From: Planctomycetota bacterium
GTDB lineage: Bacteria; Planctomycetota; SZUA-567; H5-PLA8
Assembly: GCA_038227875.1 (NCBI GenBank)
Contig: JBBRPR010000044.1
Location: forward strand, 1 to 64,000
Direction: 5' to 3'
DNA: 64,000 nt
The notes under the pieces were generated by a model. The model worked only from the letters and a program-made list of their open reading frames with translations, did not search any database and was not told the origin of the DNA. This document shows positions 38,687 to 48,673 of this stretch, piece after piece; the first letter of the stretch is position 1, and every line of letters starts with the position of its first letter. The position numbers and the translations under genes were made by a program.

Positions 38687-38712
38687 CCTTCGGGTCACGT
38701 GACCCGAAGGTC
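38642..38712. repeat. Pair of ACC...GGT palindromes
   Basis: ACCCTGGCGACAATTGTCGCTAGGGT (38642-38667) and perfect GACCTTCGGGTCACGTGACCCGAAGGTC (38685-38712). Confidence 0.85.
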
Positions 38713-38825
38713 TGAATCGTGAAATACACTTGGAGCGAATTCGCTCCAAGGTTCTTGCACGTACTGCAACAGGTCAATTTTTTAAAATTGATGATATGGA
38801 TCGGCTGGCAACGTATTAATACTGT

Positions 38826-39389
38826 GTGACTACAAACACAGCCATGCTCAACGCTCAGCCACACACCGCCGACCCCGCAGACCCGTTTGTTGCCGGGTGT
38901 CTGGAACACTTGGACGAGATCTGGAACTACGTCCGAACCTGCACGCAGTCGCATCACGACGCCGAGGACATCACGCATGATGTTTTCGTGCAAGCCTGTG
39001 CGATGCGCTACCAGTTTGCCGGCGGCGAACTCGCCGCGTGGCTCTACCGCATCGCCCGCAATCGCGTCGCGAATCATTACCGCGCCAAAGGCGTTGAACG
39101 CCGCGGCCGCCAGGTACTGGAACGCAAAGCGGCGGATGCCATCGCCGACAATGCGGCGCCAACGCCGGAGAAGCCGGGCCTCGACGACCCGGCGCAGCTC
39201 CAGGCAGCGCTGCAGGAATTGAACGAGACGGAGCGCGAGGCGCTGCGATTAAAATTTTCCCAATCCTACAGTCATGCGCAGATGGCGCGGCTGCTGGAGA
39301 TGGACGAGGCCTATCTGGGAGTGGTGATCTTTCGCGCGCTGCGCAAACTGCGCCGCCGATTAGCCGCTCCGAAAGGAACACACTCATGA
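38826..39389 (+). CDS. ECF sigma-70 factor
   Basis: DAEDITHDVF...AWLYRIARN (sigma2) and EREAL.L.F...RALRKLR (sigma4). Confidence 0.93.
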   Translation: MTTNTAMLNAQPHTADPADPFVAGCLEHLDEIWNYVRTCTQSHHDAEDITHDVFVQACAMRYQFAGGELAAWLYRIARNRVANHYRAKGVERRGRQVLERKAADAIADNAAPTPEKPGLDDPAQLQAALQELNETEREALRLKFSQSYSHAQMARLLEMDEAYLGVVIFRALRKLRRRLAAPKGTHS

Positions 39390-40861
39390 CCAACGATTCC
39401 AGCCGCTTCGACGAGCTTCCGCCCGACGACGCCGCGCAATTTCTGAAGGAGCTCGATGCCGCCCTGAAAAGCGGCGCGGCCTCCGGCGAACAGAAAGATC
39501 TCGCCGAATTCGGCGCTCGCACCGCACGCAGCCTGCGGCAGGAAACACCTGCAACGCCCAGCGCGGAACTGCGCGCGCGCGTCGCCGCTCAATTGAACGC
39601 TCCACCCGCTGGCGTGGCGCGGGTGGGACGGCTGATGCAGCGCTGGCGCATCGGCGTGCTGGACGTCGCGGCGCTGTTGGCGCTGGCGGTCCTTTCGGTG
39701 AGCCTCTATGCCGCGCTGCGCGACAAGAAATCGCCGCAGGCCGATGTCATCGCGGTTGTGCACGCGCCTGCCGGAGATGGCGACGACAAGCCGAAAACTC
39801 CCGAGACGCCTCCGGTCCCTGAGGATCCGCAGATTGAGGGACTGCGCGCGCAGTTGCAGGCACCGGTCCAGTTTGATTTCGTCGACATCACGCTTGAAGA
39901 AGCGCTCACCGCCATCCGCGGCACACACAAAATGGACTTCATCCTCGACCCCGTGCTGGCCGCCGATGGCATCCTCAAAACCCCGGTCACGATCAAAACC
40001 ACCGGAATGACCATGGAAGAAGCGCTGAATTGGCTCTGCCGGCTGAGCGACGTGCGCTACACGCTCAAAGGCGGAGCAGTATACCTTTGCCGAAAAAACG
40101 GTCAGACCCAGGATCAGTACATGGAGGCGTACGATATTTCCAAAACGGGAATGCCGGCCGATCTTCTGGTGGAACTGATTCGTGATTACGCCTTCCCCAA
40201 TGAATTCGCGGATCCCGCCCGTTCGATATCGACTGTGAATGGAAAGCTGGTCCTGATTCAAACCGGAGACGTGCACAAACGCGTGGCAAAACTTCTCGCG
40301 ACGCTTTTGGAGAAAGCTGGAAGCGCGGAGATTCCGCTGCTCACCCCTCTGCCACCCGCGGCGTGGGAGAAGGACATCCAGGACAAATTGGAGAAGCAGA
40401 TCTCGTTCGATTTTGTCGACACATCGTTGACTGAAGTTCTGGAATTCTTTCGAACTCAGACGGGTGTCAACATCGTGATCGATCCCCGAGTTCTCGCCGC
40501 CGGTCAGGCACCAATCCAACTCAAGATTACGGATCAGAAAGCGAAAGTGGCCCTCGACTGGGCGCTCCGGCTTGAGAATCTCGAATATACCCTGGTGGAT
40601 CATGCCCTCTTCATCAGTACGCCGACCCGAAAAGGCGACGTGACGCTCTACAACGTCCGCGACCTGTTGGGAGAGGACGAAAAGGAGCTGACCAAGCTGC
40701 AGGTGCTGATCCAGTCTGGGATCGCGGGCTCAAGCATGGGCGGCCGTGCCGGCATCCTGATCGCCTCAGGGTCACCGGAGATTCAAGAGAAGGTCCACGC
40801 CTTCCTCGCCAAGTTGCGCGGCACCGGAGCAAAGTCCGAAAAGCCTGCGGTGAAGCGCTGA
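39386..40861 (+). CDS. Single-pass membrane protein (probable anti-sigma) with tandem secretin/TonB N-terminal (STN)-like domains
   Basis: ATGA coupling to the sigma gene; TM helix; two copies of L...[VI].FDFVD..L.E.L.........[IV].DP, each followed by Y[DN][IV].[KD]-type N-domain repeats. Confidence 0.7.
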   Translation: MTNDSSRFDELPPDDAAQFLKELDAALKSGAASGEQKDLAEFGARTARSLRQETPATPSAELRARVAAQLNAPPAGVARVGRLMQRWRIGVLDVAALLALAVLSVSLYAALRDKKSPQADVIAVVHAPAGDGDDKPKTPETPPVPEDPQIEGLRAQLQAPVQFDFVDITLEEALTAIRGTHKMDFILDPVLAADGILKTPVTIKTTGMTMEEALNWLCRLSDVRYTLKGGAVYLCRKNGQTQDQYMEAYDISKTGMPADLLVELIRDYAFPNEFADPARSISTVNGKLVLIQTGDVHKRVAKLLATLLEKAGSAEIPLLTPLPPAAWEKDIQDKLEKQISFDFVDTSLTEVLEFFRTQTGVNIVIDPRVLAAGQAPIQLKITDQKAKVALDWALRLENLEYTLVDHALFISTPTRKGDVTLYNVRDLLGEDEKELTKLQVLIQSGIAGSSMGGRAGILIASGSPEIQEKVHAFLAKLRGTGAKSEKPAVKR

Positions 40862-40875
40862 CCGCGGACACGGTT

Positions 40876-41358
40876 TCATTCGAATCGCTTCAACGAATTC
40901 CCACTGACAATCCGCCGGAAGCCATCGCCGGCGACAGCAATGGCGAGCAGGGGTACGGGAAACGCAATCACGTGGAGTACAACGATGCCCACGAGCGTTG
41001 CAGCAATCATCACCGCACCGAGCCCGATTTCGGCCAAGCCCCAGACGATCCACTGTTCAGCTGCTCCACGGATCTCTGCCTTTCGCGCCTGATAATCCTG
41101 CTCCGTATCCCATCGCGTTGCCGCTCCGCAGCGGCAGCAGCAGTCAGCGTCTTTATTGGGATGCATGCACTCCGGACAGTACGCGGAACGCACAAACAGC
41201 GCAGACGGGTCGAGGCGGGGTTGGTTGCAGCCGGCGCAAATATCTTCTGTGCGACAGGCTTTATGTACGGCAGTATTGCAGCGCGCACACCACGTCCCGT
41301 CGGGCTGAAAAAAAATCTTCTCCGCACAAACGTTGCAAACCGCGCCGCAGACCTGCAT
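40876..41358 (-). CDS. Cys-rich zinc-finger membrane protein (prokaryotic RING-like finger, zinc ribbon, 2 TM)
   Basis: CNVC..CARC..HKAC..CAGC, then CPEC..CCRC, then two hydrophobic helices. Confidence 0.65.
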   Translation of the reverse strand: MQVCGAVCNVCAEKIFFQPDGTWCARCNTAVHKACRTEDICAGCNQPRLDPSALFVRSAYCPECMHPNKDADCCCRCGAATRWDTEQDYQARKAEIRGAAEQWIVWGLAEIGLGAVMIAATLVGIVVLHVIAFPVPLLAIAVAGDGFRRIVSGNSLKRFE

Positions 41359-41532
41359 GGTCAAACTCTCCAAAATCGCTGAGGCTATACGGGAGCGTAC
41401 TCAAATAACCCATCTTTGCCGCCAAATTCCCCATCATTCCTCGCTGTGATTTGATCTAAGGTCGGCCACCAATCCTCACGTCAGTTTCATGAATTGCGCT
41501 ATACTTGGTGTGCATTCCGTGGAACTGATTCG

Positions 41533-44023
41533 ATGCAGAAGAAATTGCGACTGATCGTGCTGGTCTCCTCATTGCTCTCGGCAGCCGCATGCCGCGCCGC
41601 GGACATCTGGGTTTCGTCGGGACCGGACAATGGTGCGGCGAATGCGCCGCTCCATTCGCTCGCGGCGGCGGCCAAGCGCGCTCACAAGGGAGACACGATT
41701 CACATCCTGCGCGGCAGCGTCATTCGCGAGGGCGGGATCAACATCGACGGCCCGACGGTCATCGCCGATGGCCCGGCCGATCAACCCGCTCCCGTGATCA
41801 CCGGTGCGATTCCGATTACCGGCTTCAGTGCCGCGCCGGGAAGCACGAAGATTCTCGCAGCCCCCTGCCCCACCAAGCCCCTTCTCTGCGCGGCCGACGG
41901 AAAACTGCTGACACTCGCGCGCTTCCCCAACGACGGATTTCTCACCACCAAGGCCGGCACGACGGCGACGACGATCACCGACGGCGAGCTGAGCAAACGC
42001 GCGGGCACGAACTGGAAGGGCGCGCAACTGCATTGGCGCAAGTGGAGCTGGTGGTGGGAGACGCGCACGGTCACGGCCGACACCGGCGACAAGCTGGAAC
42101 TGTCGCCAACCCCGGTGAAGGATTTGACGAACCTCGTTGGCATCGGTTCGGGCTACTATGTCGACGATTGCCGCGCGGAGCTCGATGCGCCCGGCGAGTG
42201 GTGGTACGACGCGGCCAGCAAGCAGCTGCTGGTGATTCCACCGGCGGGCATCGACGCGGCCCATCTTTCCGTGGAAGCGGTCGTCGAGAAGTCCGGCGTC
42301 AGTTTATCCAATGCCACAGTGCGCGGGATTACCTTCCGCCACTACATTGATTCGGCTGTGGCGATCGGCCACACGTCCGTGGTTGAAGATTGCGCCATCG
42401 AGCAGATCTGGGACGTGGGACTGAGCGGCAATTGGGAGAGCAACGGTAGCGCGGTGCGCCGCTGCACGATTTCCGATGTGCTCAACATCGGCATCAATTG
42501 GGGCGAAAACGCCGAGAAAGCCGGCGGCTCGGTGATCGAACACAACCGCCTCGAACGCATCGGCACGCGCGATGGACTCGGCGGCAGCGGCACGTGGCAC
42601 GCCTGCGGCATGATCATTCGCGGCAAAGGCGTCGTGGTGCGCTTGAACACGCTCGTCGAGACCGGTTACGCGGGCATCATCCTCGGCAACGACGGGCAGA
42701 CGGTGGAGCACAACGTCTTCGTGCGCTGCATGTCGACGATGAACGACGGCGCGGCCATTTACACCAACTGCAATGCCAGCAACATTCGCGGCAACATCAT
42801 TCTCAACACCGTCGGGAATCTGCGCACGTCGCAGCCGTTTTATCCGCTCGGTCATGGCATCTGGCCGGAATTCCTGAGCGAATTTCACGACACCAAAATT
42901 GTCGGCAACACCATCGTCGGCTGCGGCGGCAATGGGATTTTCATGAGCAACAATTTCAACTGCGAAGTTCAGGACAATGTCCTGGCCGGCAACCGCCAGG
43001 CCGGCATTCAAGTCGGCACCGCCAACAACATCAAGCGTGCGCAAGGCAACAAATTCACCGGCAACATTTTTGTCCTCGACCCGCGGCTCTTCGTAAAGCC
43101 CGCGTGGACCGAGAACATTCCCGCCGATTGGTCTGGCAACGATCATCAGGCCGGCATGCATTACGAACGCGGCATCGACTACGGGACGATGAGCGGCTCG
43201 ACGTTTGTGCTCGCGCCGGGCCTCGCTCTCGCCAAAGCCGACAAGCCGCTCAAGGATGCCGCGGCTTGGAAAGCCGACGCGCCATGGGCCGATCCCGCGC
43301 CGAAAATTCTTCCCGGCCAGGCCATGCTGCTGATCAACGACACCGAGAAGGCCGAGGAGCTCAACGTCCCAGCCGGTTCGTGGAGTCTGCTCACCGGCGC
43401 CGCGTCCGGCAACAGCGTTCACGTCGAAACCTTTCGCCACCGCCGTGCTGGTGAGCGCCTCGCCGCTGCCCCCGACCGCGCCGGCGTATGTGCTCGCGTC
43501 GGGCCGTGATTTTTCACCCGGCGCGTCCGGCGCAACGAAAGGGGGAGCCTCGCCCCTCGCCTCCGCCGGTGCAGTCAAAAAACAGAAAGAAGAAGCCGAC
43601 ACCAAGCGCAAGCAGGACACCGAAACCAAAGCCGCGAAAGCCACGCCGAAAAAGGAGAGCTGGGACAAGTACGCGCAGAAGTTGCGCGACCGCATCGTGG
43701 CGATGATCGCCGATGGCCATCCGCCGCGCTTCAACTACAGCGCGATGAAAACCGACGTCGACATCATGAGCCTCAACGGCAGTCACGCGATGCTTAAAAT
43801 GTCCGGCGACGGCGCGACGATCGACGCGGAGCTCTTCACCAAGCTTGAACCCTCCGACGCCCTGGCGCTCAGCCGCGCAATGCTGCGTCGCGACAGCCCG
43901 GAAGACCACGCCCTCGTCGCCTTCTTCGCGCGCTGCGTCGGCGACTTCACGCTCGCCGACAAACAGCTCGTGGAAGCCGGCGTCGCCGCGGAAGAAGTGA
44001 AGGCCGCCTTCGCCGCGCCGTGA
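41533..44023 (+). CDS. Secreted right-handed beta-helix protein with a C-terminal domain; split by a +1 frameshift at ~43427
   Basis: Signal peptide, LARFPN, ELDAPGEWW, DGAAIY and parallel beta-helix coils. Removing one A from GAAACC restores VEPFATAVLVSAS and joins ORFs 41494..43509 and 43445..44023. Confidence 0.75.
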
Positions 44024-44166
44024 GAGGAAAAACTGACATACCCGCCAAATAGCCCATCACATTTCCCATTTTACGCATGCACTCCTTACCACACTTTGCT
44101 CAAATGCAGGGTAGACAGAAAAGAGCTGCGTTGTACTTCAACCCCAATCCTCTCGAGATTTTCACT

Positions 44167-47100
44167 ATGGCACACACGACACGTCTCTCGTTTTGCGCAC
44201 TGACTGTCATCGTCTCCGTGCTCGGATCGGTCCGCGCGGGCGAAGCGTTGACGGTGCTTGAGCCGGAGAAGAGCGAGACGGTGGCGCCGCGAAAATCGGA
44301 GCGCGAACGCTGGGCGTGGAATCAGCCGATGGCCACGATCACGGCCAGCGGCGATCTCGAATGGAAACCCGAAGCCTTCAAATTCGAGAAGGGCGCGTCG
44401 GTGCGCTACATCGATTTTGACGGCGGCAGCGACGACAAGGATGGCACCTCGACGGCCAACGCGTGGAAGCACCATCCGTGGGATCCGGCGGCGACGGGCA
44501 CGGCGAAAGCCGGCTCGGGAATTCAGACCTACGTTTTCAAACGCGGCGTGCTCTACCGCGGCATGCTCAACGCCAACGAATCCGGCAAGCCCGGCGATCC
44601 GATCCGCCTGACCAGCGACCCGGCCTGGGGCGAAGGCGAGGCAGTCATCGCCGGCTCGGAGCGCGTGACGGGCTGGAAAAAAGGCACCGACCGCAAAGAC
44701 ATTCCGGAAGGCGACAAGGTCTGGTGGGTCGATGTGGCGTTTCAGCCGCGCAACGTCTGGGAAATCAGCAAGACCGGCGCCGAGCGCATTCCGCTTGCGC
44801 GCGTGCCGCACTGGAAAGTCTCCAACCCCACCGACGTAATGAGCGAATGGTGGTCGTGGGAGCAGCCGGAATGGTGGACGGGCAAGTGGCACATCGATTT
44901 CAAGGGCCATCGCGCCCACATGGGGATCGACACCAAGCATCTCGACAAGGGTGAAGATTACTACGTCGGCGCAACCGTTCGCACGGAGTTCGCGGTCGTA
45001 ATGGGCACGCCGTTTCCGACGCTGGTGGAAGGCTTCGATGCGGCGAAGAAGGGTCTCGTCTTCCAGGGCATCTGGACCGGCGACAGCGAGAACATCTGGA
45101 CCGGCAACCGCTATTACCTTGAAGACAAGCCGCAGTACCTGGAAGTGCCCGGCGAATTCTGGGCCGAACGCAAGGACGGCGGCGCGCGCGTCTACCTGCG
45201 CCTGCCCGGCGACCGCGATCCCAATCAGGCCACACTGGAACTCGGCCACCATTGCAATCTGATCGAAAGCAAGGGACTCAGCGACGTCGTCATCTCCGCG
45301 CTCACGTTCCGCTGGACCAACACGCATTGGGACCTCTTCCAGCCCGGCTGGGGCCACCCGGACGTGCCCAACGCTGCCATCCGCATCCACGGTTCGAGCG
45401 ACGGCTTGAAAGTCGCCAACTGCAAATTCCAGAACATCGCCGGCAAGGCCATGAAACTCGATGCCGGCAAGCCTGAAAATCATTTCGGCCGCGTCGCGTT
45501 CGACGACAATGAACTGATCGAACTCGACCACGGCGCGATCGAGATCAAGTGCGGCGGGCGCGGCGATGTCGAAGTCCTCCGCAACAAAATGCATGTGATC
45601 GGCCAGCGCCCACACCGCCAGGATTGGGGCCATGCGCTCTGCGTGGAATTCCCCGAGACCATGCACATCGCCGGCAACATTCTCGACCGTTGCTACGGCT
45701 CGGGAATCTTCGTCTTCGGCGGCAAGGCCAGCGGCGATGTCCGCGACGTCGGCCTTTCGCGCTCGCTGATCCACGACAACCGCGTCTTCGATTCGCTGCT
45801 GAGCGCCAACGACTGGGGCGGCATCGAAACGTGGCAGTGCGGCCCGCACTATGTCTACAACAACATCTCCGGCAACGCCGTCGGCTACTGGAACTGCACG
45901 TACAAGCCGGAGAACAAAAGCAGCGCGTGCCTGGGCTTCAATTACTACTTCGACGGCTCGTTCAAGAACTCGGTCTTCAACAACGTCGCCTACGGCACCA
46001 CGACGGACCGTACCAACAAATTCTTCTCGCAGGCCGCGTTTTACGAAGCCGTGCCGACGATCGAGAACACGTTCTTCAACAACACCGCCGCGCATTTCGT
46101 GCTCGGTTCGAACTGGTCGCCGTCGGGCGGCCGCCACATGCTGCTCGGCAACATCCTGATCGACATCGTCGGCCCCGTCTTTCAGTGGGGACAGTTGAAG
46201 GAGGACAAAGGTCCCGCGCCCGCCGCGTACCCGCTGGAAACGACGGCGCTCTCCAAGAATCTGCTCGTGAATTGCGGCGGCGGAAAGGCGTTCGCAACTT
46301 TCGAAGCCAGCGGCAAGGGCTACCCCGATTTCGCCTCGATGCAGTCCGGGTACGCCGCGCACAAACCGCTGGCCGCCGACATCGGCACGGCCAGCTCCGC
46401 GCCGATCGTGAAGGACGCTGATAAGCAGCACGATTTCCATCCACTCCCCGGTTCGCCCGCGCTGGAAGCCGGCGTGAAAGTGTTCGTGCCCTGGAGCATC
46501 TCGCGCACCGTCGGCGAATGGCACTTCCGCCGCAACAATTCCGATCCCACCGTACTGCTCGACGATCACTTTTACGCGACGACGTACTTCGTGTTGCGCG
46601 AGAACTACTTCGAGACGCCCGTCTGGCCGCTGAAAGGCGTCAACATCGCCGCGAAAGATTACACGCAAGGTCCGCTGGAAGACTGGACCGATAGCGCCCT
46701 CCAGCTGAACGGCACCGATCAGTACGCGTCGCTCGGCAACGACACGCTGACCAAGCCGTACGATTACGTGCACGACAAGAAGAAGGTGACGGCGGGTCCG
46801 AAAGACCTGACCAGCCCGGATTTCACCACGCAGAACATGCTGATCGAATTCTACGTCCAGCCGAAGGCCGGCCAGGACGCCTGCGCGATTGTGAGCAAAC
46901 TGGCGGAGAGCGGCTACCGCGTCGCGCTGAACAAAGCCGGCGGCGTCACGCTGACACTCGCGGCGGCCGGCGCCAAGAGCGAGTTGGCCAGCGGCGCGAA
47001 GATCGCCGATGGCAACTGGCATCACGTCGTCGTCGACGTCGACCGCGCCAGCGGCGCCGCCGCGATCTACACCGACGGCAAGAAGAGCGCCGAAGGCAAG

Positions 47101-47328
47101 CTGACGCTCGACAAAACCGCGAGCCTCTCCAACGCCTCCGACTTCGTCGTGGGCAAAGGTTTCGCCGGAGGCATCCAGTACCTGCGCGTCGCGCGCGGCA
47201 ACCTGTCCGACAGCCACACCACGATCGAAGAACTCTACGATTGGGAATTCGACGGCCCGTTCCTGCGTGACTTCACCGGCAAAGCACCAGTAGGGAAAAA
47301 GCGCAGCGCGGGAGCGTTTGAACCCTGA
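44167..47328 (+). CDS. Large secreted beta-helix protein with a C-terminal LamG/ConA-like domain
   Basis: Signal peptide, FKRG..YRG, L..PGEFW, DWGGIE, beta-helix coils, DG.WHHVVV LamG motif, AGAFE end. Confidence 0.85.
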   Translation: MAHTTRLSFCALTVIVSVLGSVRAGEALTVLEPEKSETVAPRKSERERWAWNQPMATITASGDLEWKPEAFKFEKGASVRYIDFDGGSDDKDGTSTANAWKHHPWDPAATGTAKAGSGIQTYVFKRGVLYRGMLNANESGKPGDPIRLTSDPAWGEGEAVIAGSERVTGWKKGTDRKDIPEGDKVWWVDVAFQPRNVWEISKTGAERIPLARVPHWKVSNPTDVMSEWWSWEQPEWWTGKWHIDFKGHRAHMGIDTKHLDKGEDYYVGATVRTEFAVVMGTPFPTLVEGFDAAKKGLVFQGIWTGDSENIWTGNRYYLEDKPQYLEVPGEFWAERKDGGARVYLRLPGDRDPNQATLELGHHCNLIESKGLSDVVISALTFRWTNTHWDLFQPGWGHPDVPNAAIRIHGSSDGLKVANCKFQNIAGKAMKLDAGKPENHFGRVAFDDNELIELDHGAIEIKCGGRGDVEVLRNKMHVIGQRPHRQDWGHALCVEFPETMHIAGNILDRCYGSGIFVFGGKASGDVRDVGLSRSLIHDNRVFDSLLSANDWGGIETWQCGPHYVYNNISGNAVGYWNCTYKPENKSSACLGFNYYFDGSFKNSVFNNVAYGTTTDRTNKFFSQAAFYEAVPTIENTFFNNTAAHFVLGSNWSPSGGRHMLLGNILIDIVGPVFQWGQLKEDKGPAPAAYPLETTALSKNLLVNCGGGKAFATFEASGKGYPDFASMQSGYAAHKPLAADIGTASSAPIVKDADKQHDFHPLPGSPALEAGVKVFVPWSISRTVGEWHFRRNNSDPTVLLDDHFYATTYFVLRENYFETPVWPLKGVNIAAKDYTQGPLEDWTDSALQLNGTDQYASLGNDTLTKPYDYVHDKKKVTAGPKDLTSPDFTTQNMLIEFYVQPKAGQDACAIVSKLAESGYRVALNKAGGVTLTLAAAGAKSELASGAKIADGNWHHVVVDVDRASGAAAIYTDGKKSAEGKLTLDKTASLSNASDFVVGKGFAGGIQYLRVARGNLSDSHTTIEELYDWEFDGPFLRDFTGKAPVGKKRSAGAFEP

Positions 47329-47329
47329 C

Positions 47330-47418
47330 AGTTTTGAGTTGTGAGTTTTGAATTGACAACCGCGCGAAGTCCGCGCGGTTGTTATTGCTGTTAACTCAAA
47401 ACTAAAAATTCAAAACTG
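47330..47418. terminator. Bidirectional hairpin flanked by inverted heptamer repeats
   Basis: ACAACCGCGCG/CGCGCGGTTGT stem with TTTTGAG-like units on the left and CTCAAAA-like units on the right, between convergent genes. Confidence 0.7.
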
Positions 47419-47421
47419 CCC

Positions 47422-48471
47422 CTAAGAAACCCATTCCCCGCCCAGTCGCATCGACTGCTCGGCTTTCTCCGTCCAGATCATGCTCTTCAACGCGTCGGAG
47501 GCCGGGTAGCGCGGCGGCTTTCCAGCGGCGACGTGAGACAGGAAGTCGTTGTCCTGCGAATTCGTATCGTAGCCAGGTTGGCCAAATTCCTTCTGCACGT
47601 CGATCATGCGGACCCGCTCAGTCAACAGGTCCGCGCGGTGATTGAAGCGGACGACTTCGATCGTTTCTGTCCACGGATCGTAGGTGGCGGTGCCGGCGTC
47701 GCCGGTGATCGAAAGCTCGTTGAAGTGGCCGGCTTCGTGGCCTTCAAAGTGCCGCTCGGGTTTGGCCAGGCCATCGACCTGCGCGGCACGGCGCGTGTCG
47801 AAATTGATGGTGCCCTGCGCGCCATCTTTGAATTGAAAGACGGAGACCACGTTGTCTTCGATCTCGTAGTGCCGGATGAGCTTCGGCGCGGCGATCGCAA
47901 TCGTGCGGAGCGGTTCGCCAAAGAAGAAGCGGAAGAGATCCACCTGGTGGCAGAGTTTCTCGTAGAAAATGCCGCCAGTCCGCGCGCGCGACATGTAGCC
48001 GGGAACGTGATGCGGCCCGGAAAATTGCGTCTGGCTGATGCGGCTGAGCCGGCCCAGCGCGCCGGACGCAATGACATGCTGCATCGCGCGCATGATGCCG
48101 CAGTAACGTAGGAGAAATCCGCACTGAAACGGAATGCCGCGCGCAGCCGCTTCATCCACCAACGCCTGGGAATCTTCCAGTGTCGTCGAGATTGGCTTTT
48201 CGATGAGCACTGCGACGCCGCGCGCGAAACACGCACGCGCCACCTCGGCGTGGCGGCTGGGCGGCGTGGCGATCACGACGGCCTCCGGTTTGAATTCCTG
48301 GAGCAGGCGTTCCACAGTGTCGAACATTGGGATGTTCAACGCCTTGCCGACTTCGTCGCAGACGTCGGCAGCAACGTCGCAGCCGGCCACTTGCTTCGCG
48401 ACCGTTCCGCCAATAACGCTCCTCAAATGGGTCTGCCCCATCGCTCTGGCTCCAACCACGGCAACTTTCAT
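47422..48471 (-). CDS. Gfo/Idh/MocA family oxidoreductase
   Basis: KVAVVG..MG, ATPP..H, LIEKP, GG.F.EK.CH.VD. Confidence 0.93.
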   Translation of the reverse strand: MKVAVVGARAMGQTHLRSVIGGTVAKQVAGCDVAADVCDEVGKALNIPMFDTVERLLQEFKPEAVVIATPPSRHAEVARACFARGVAVLIEKPISTTLEDSQALVDEAAARGIPFQCGFLLRYCGIMRAMQHVIASGALGRLSRISQTQFSGPHHVPGYMSRARTGGIFYEKLCHQVDLFRFFFGEPLRTIAIAAPKLIRHYEIEDNVVSVFQFKDGAQGTINFDTRRAAQVDGLAKPERHFEGHEAGHFNELSITGDAGTATYDPWTETIEVVRFNHRADLLTERVRMIDVQKEFGQPGYDTNSQDNDFLSHVAAGKPPRYPASDALKSMIWTEKAEQSMRLGGEWVS

Positions 48472-48623
48472 GATGCCTCCTTTTGTTGCGACCCAGATCT
48501 ATAAACACCGCATCAGAGAAACTTCCACTATTAAATTTTATTATCGCAACCTTTCAGGATCTATTTTAGGTCTTAAATATCTATAAATACTGTTGTTTAT
48601 GAATTTTAAATTTATTTTAGTAG

Positions 48624-48656
48624 AAGTACCTTTTTAAGTACCTTTATACTACCTCT
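48624..48656. promoter_or_regulatory. Candidate operator: AAGTACCTTT direct repeats in an AT-rich divergent promoter
   Basis: Exact copies at 48624 and 48636 plus degenerate TACTACCTCT at 48647, immediately upstream of the GntR gene. Confidence 0.4.
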
Positions 48657-48673
48657 GGTGTATCCCTAGTGTG

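Noticed and set aside
44086..47217. 1043-aa minus-strand ORF
   Set aside because: Antisense shadow of the beta-helix/LamG gene.
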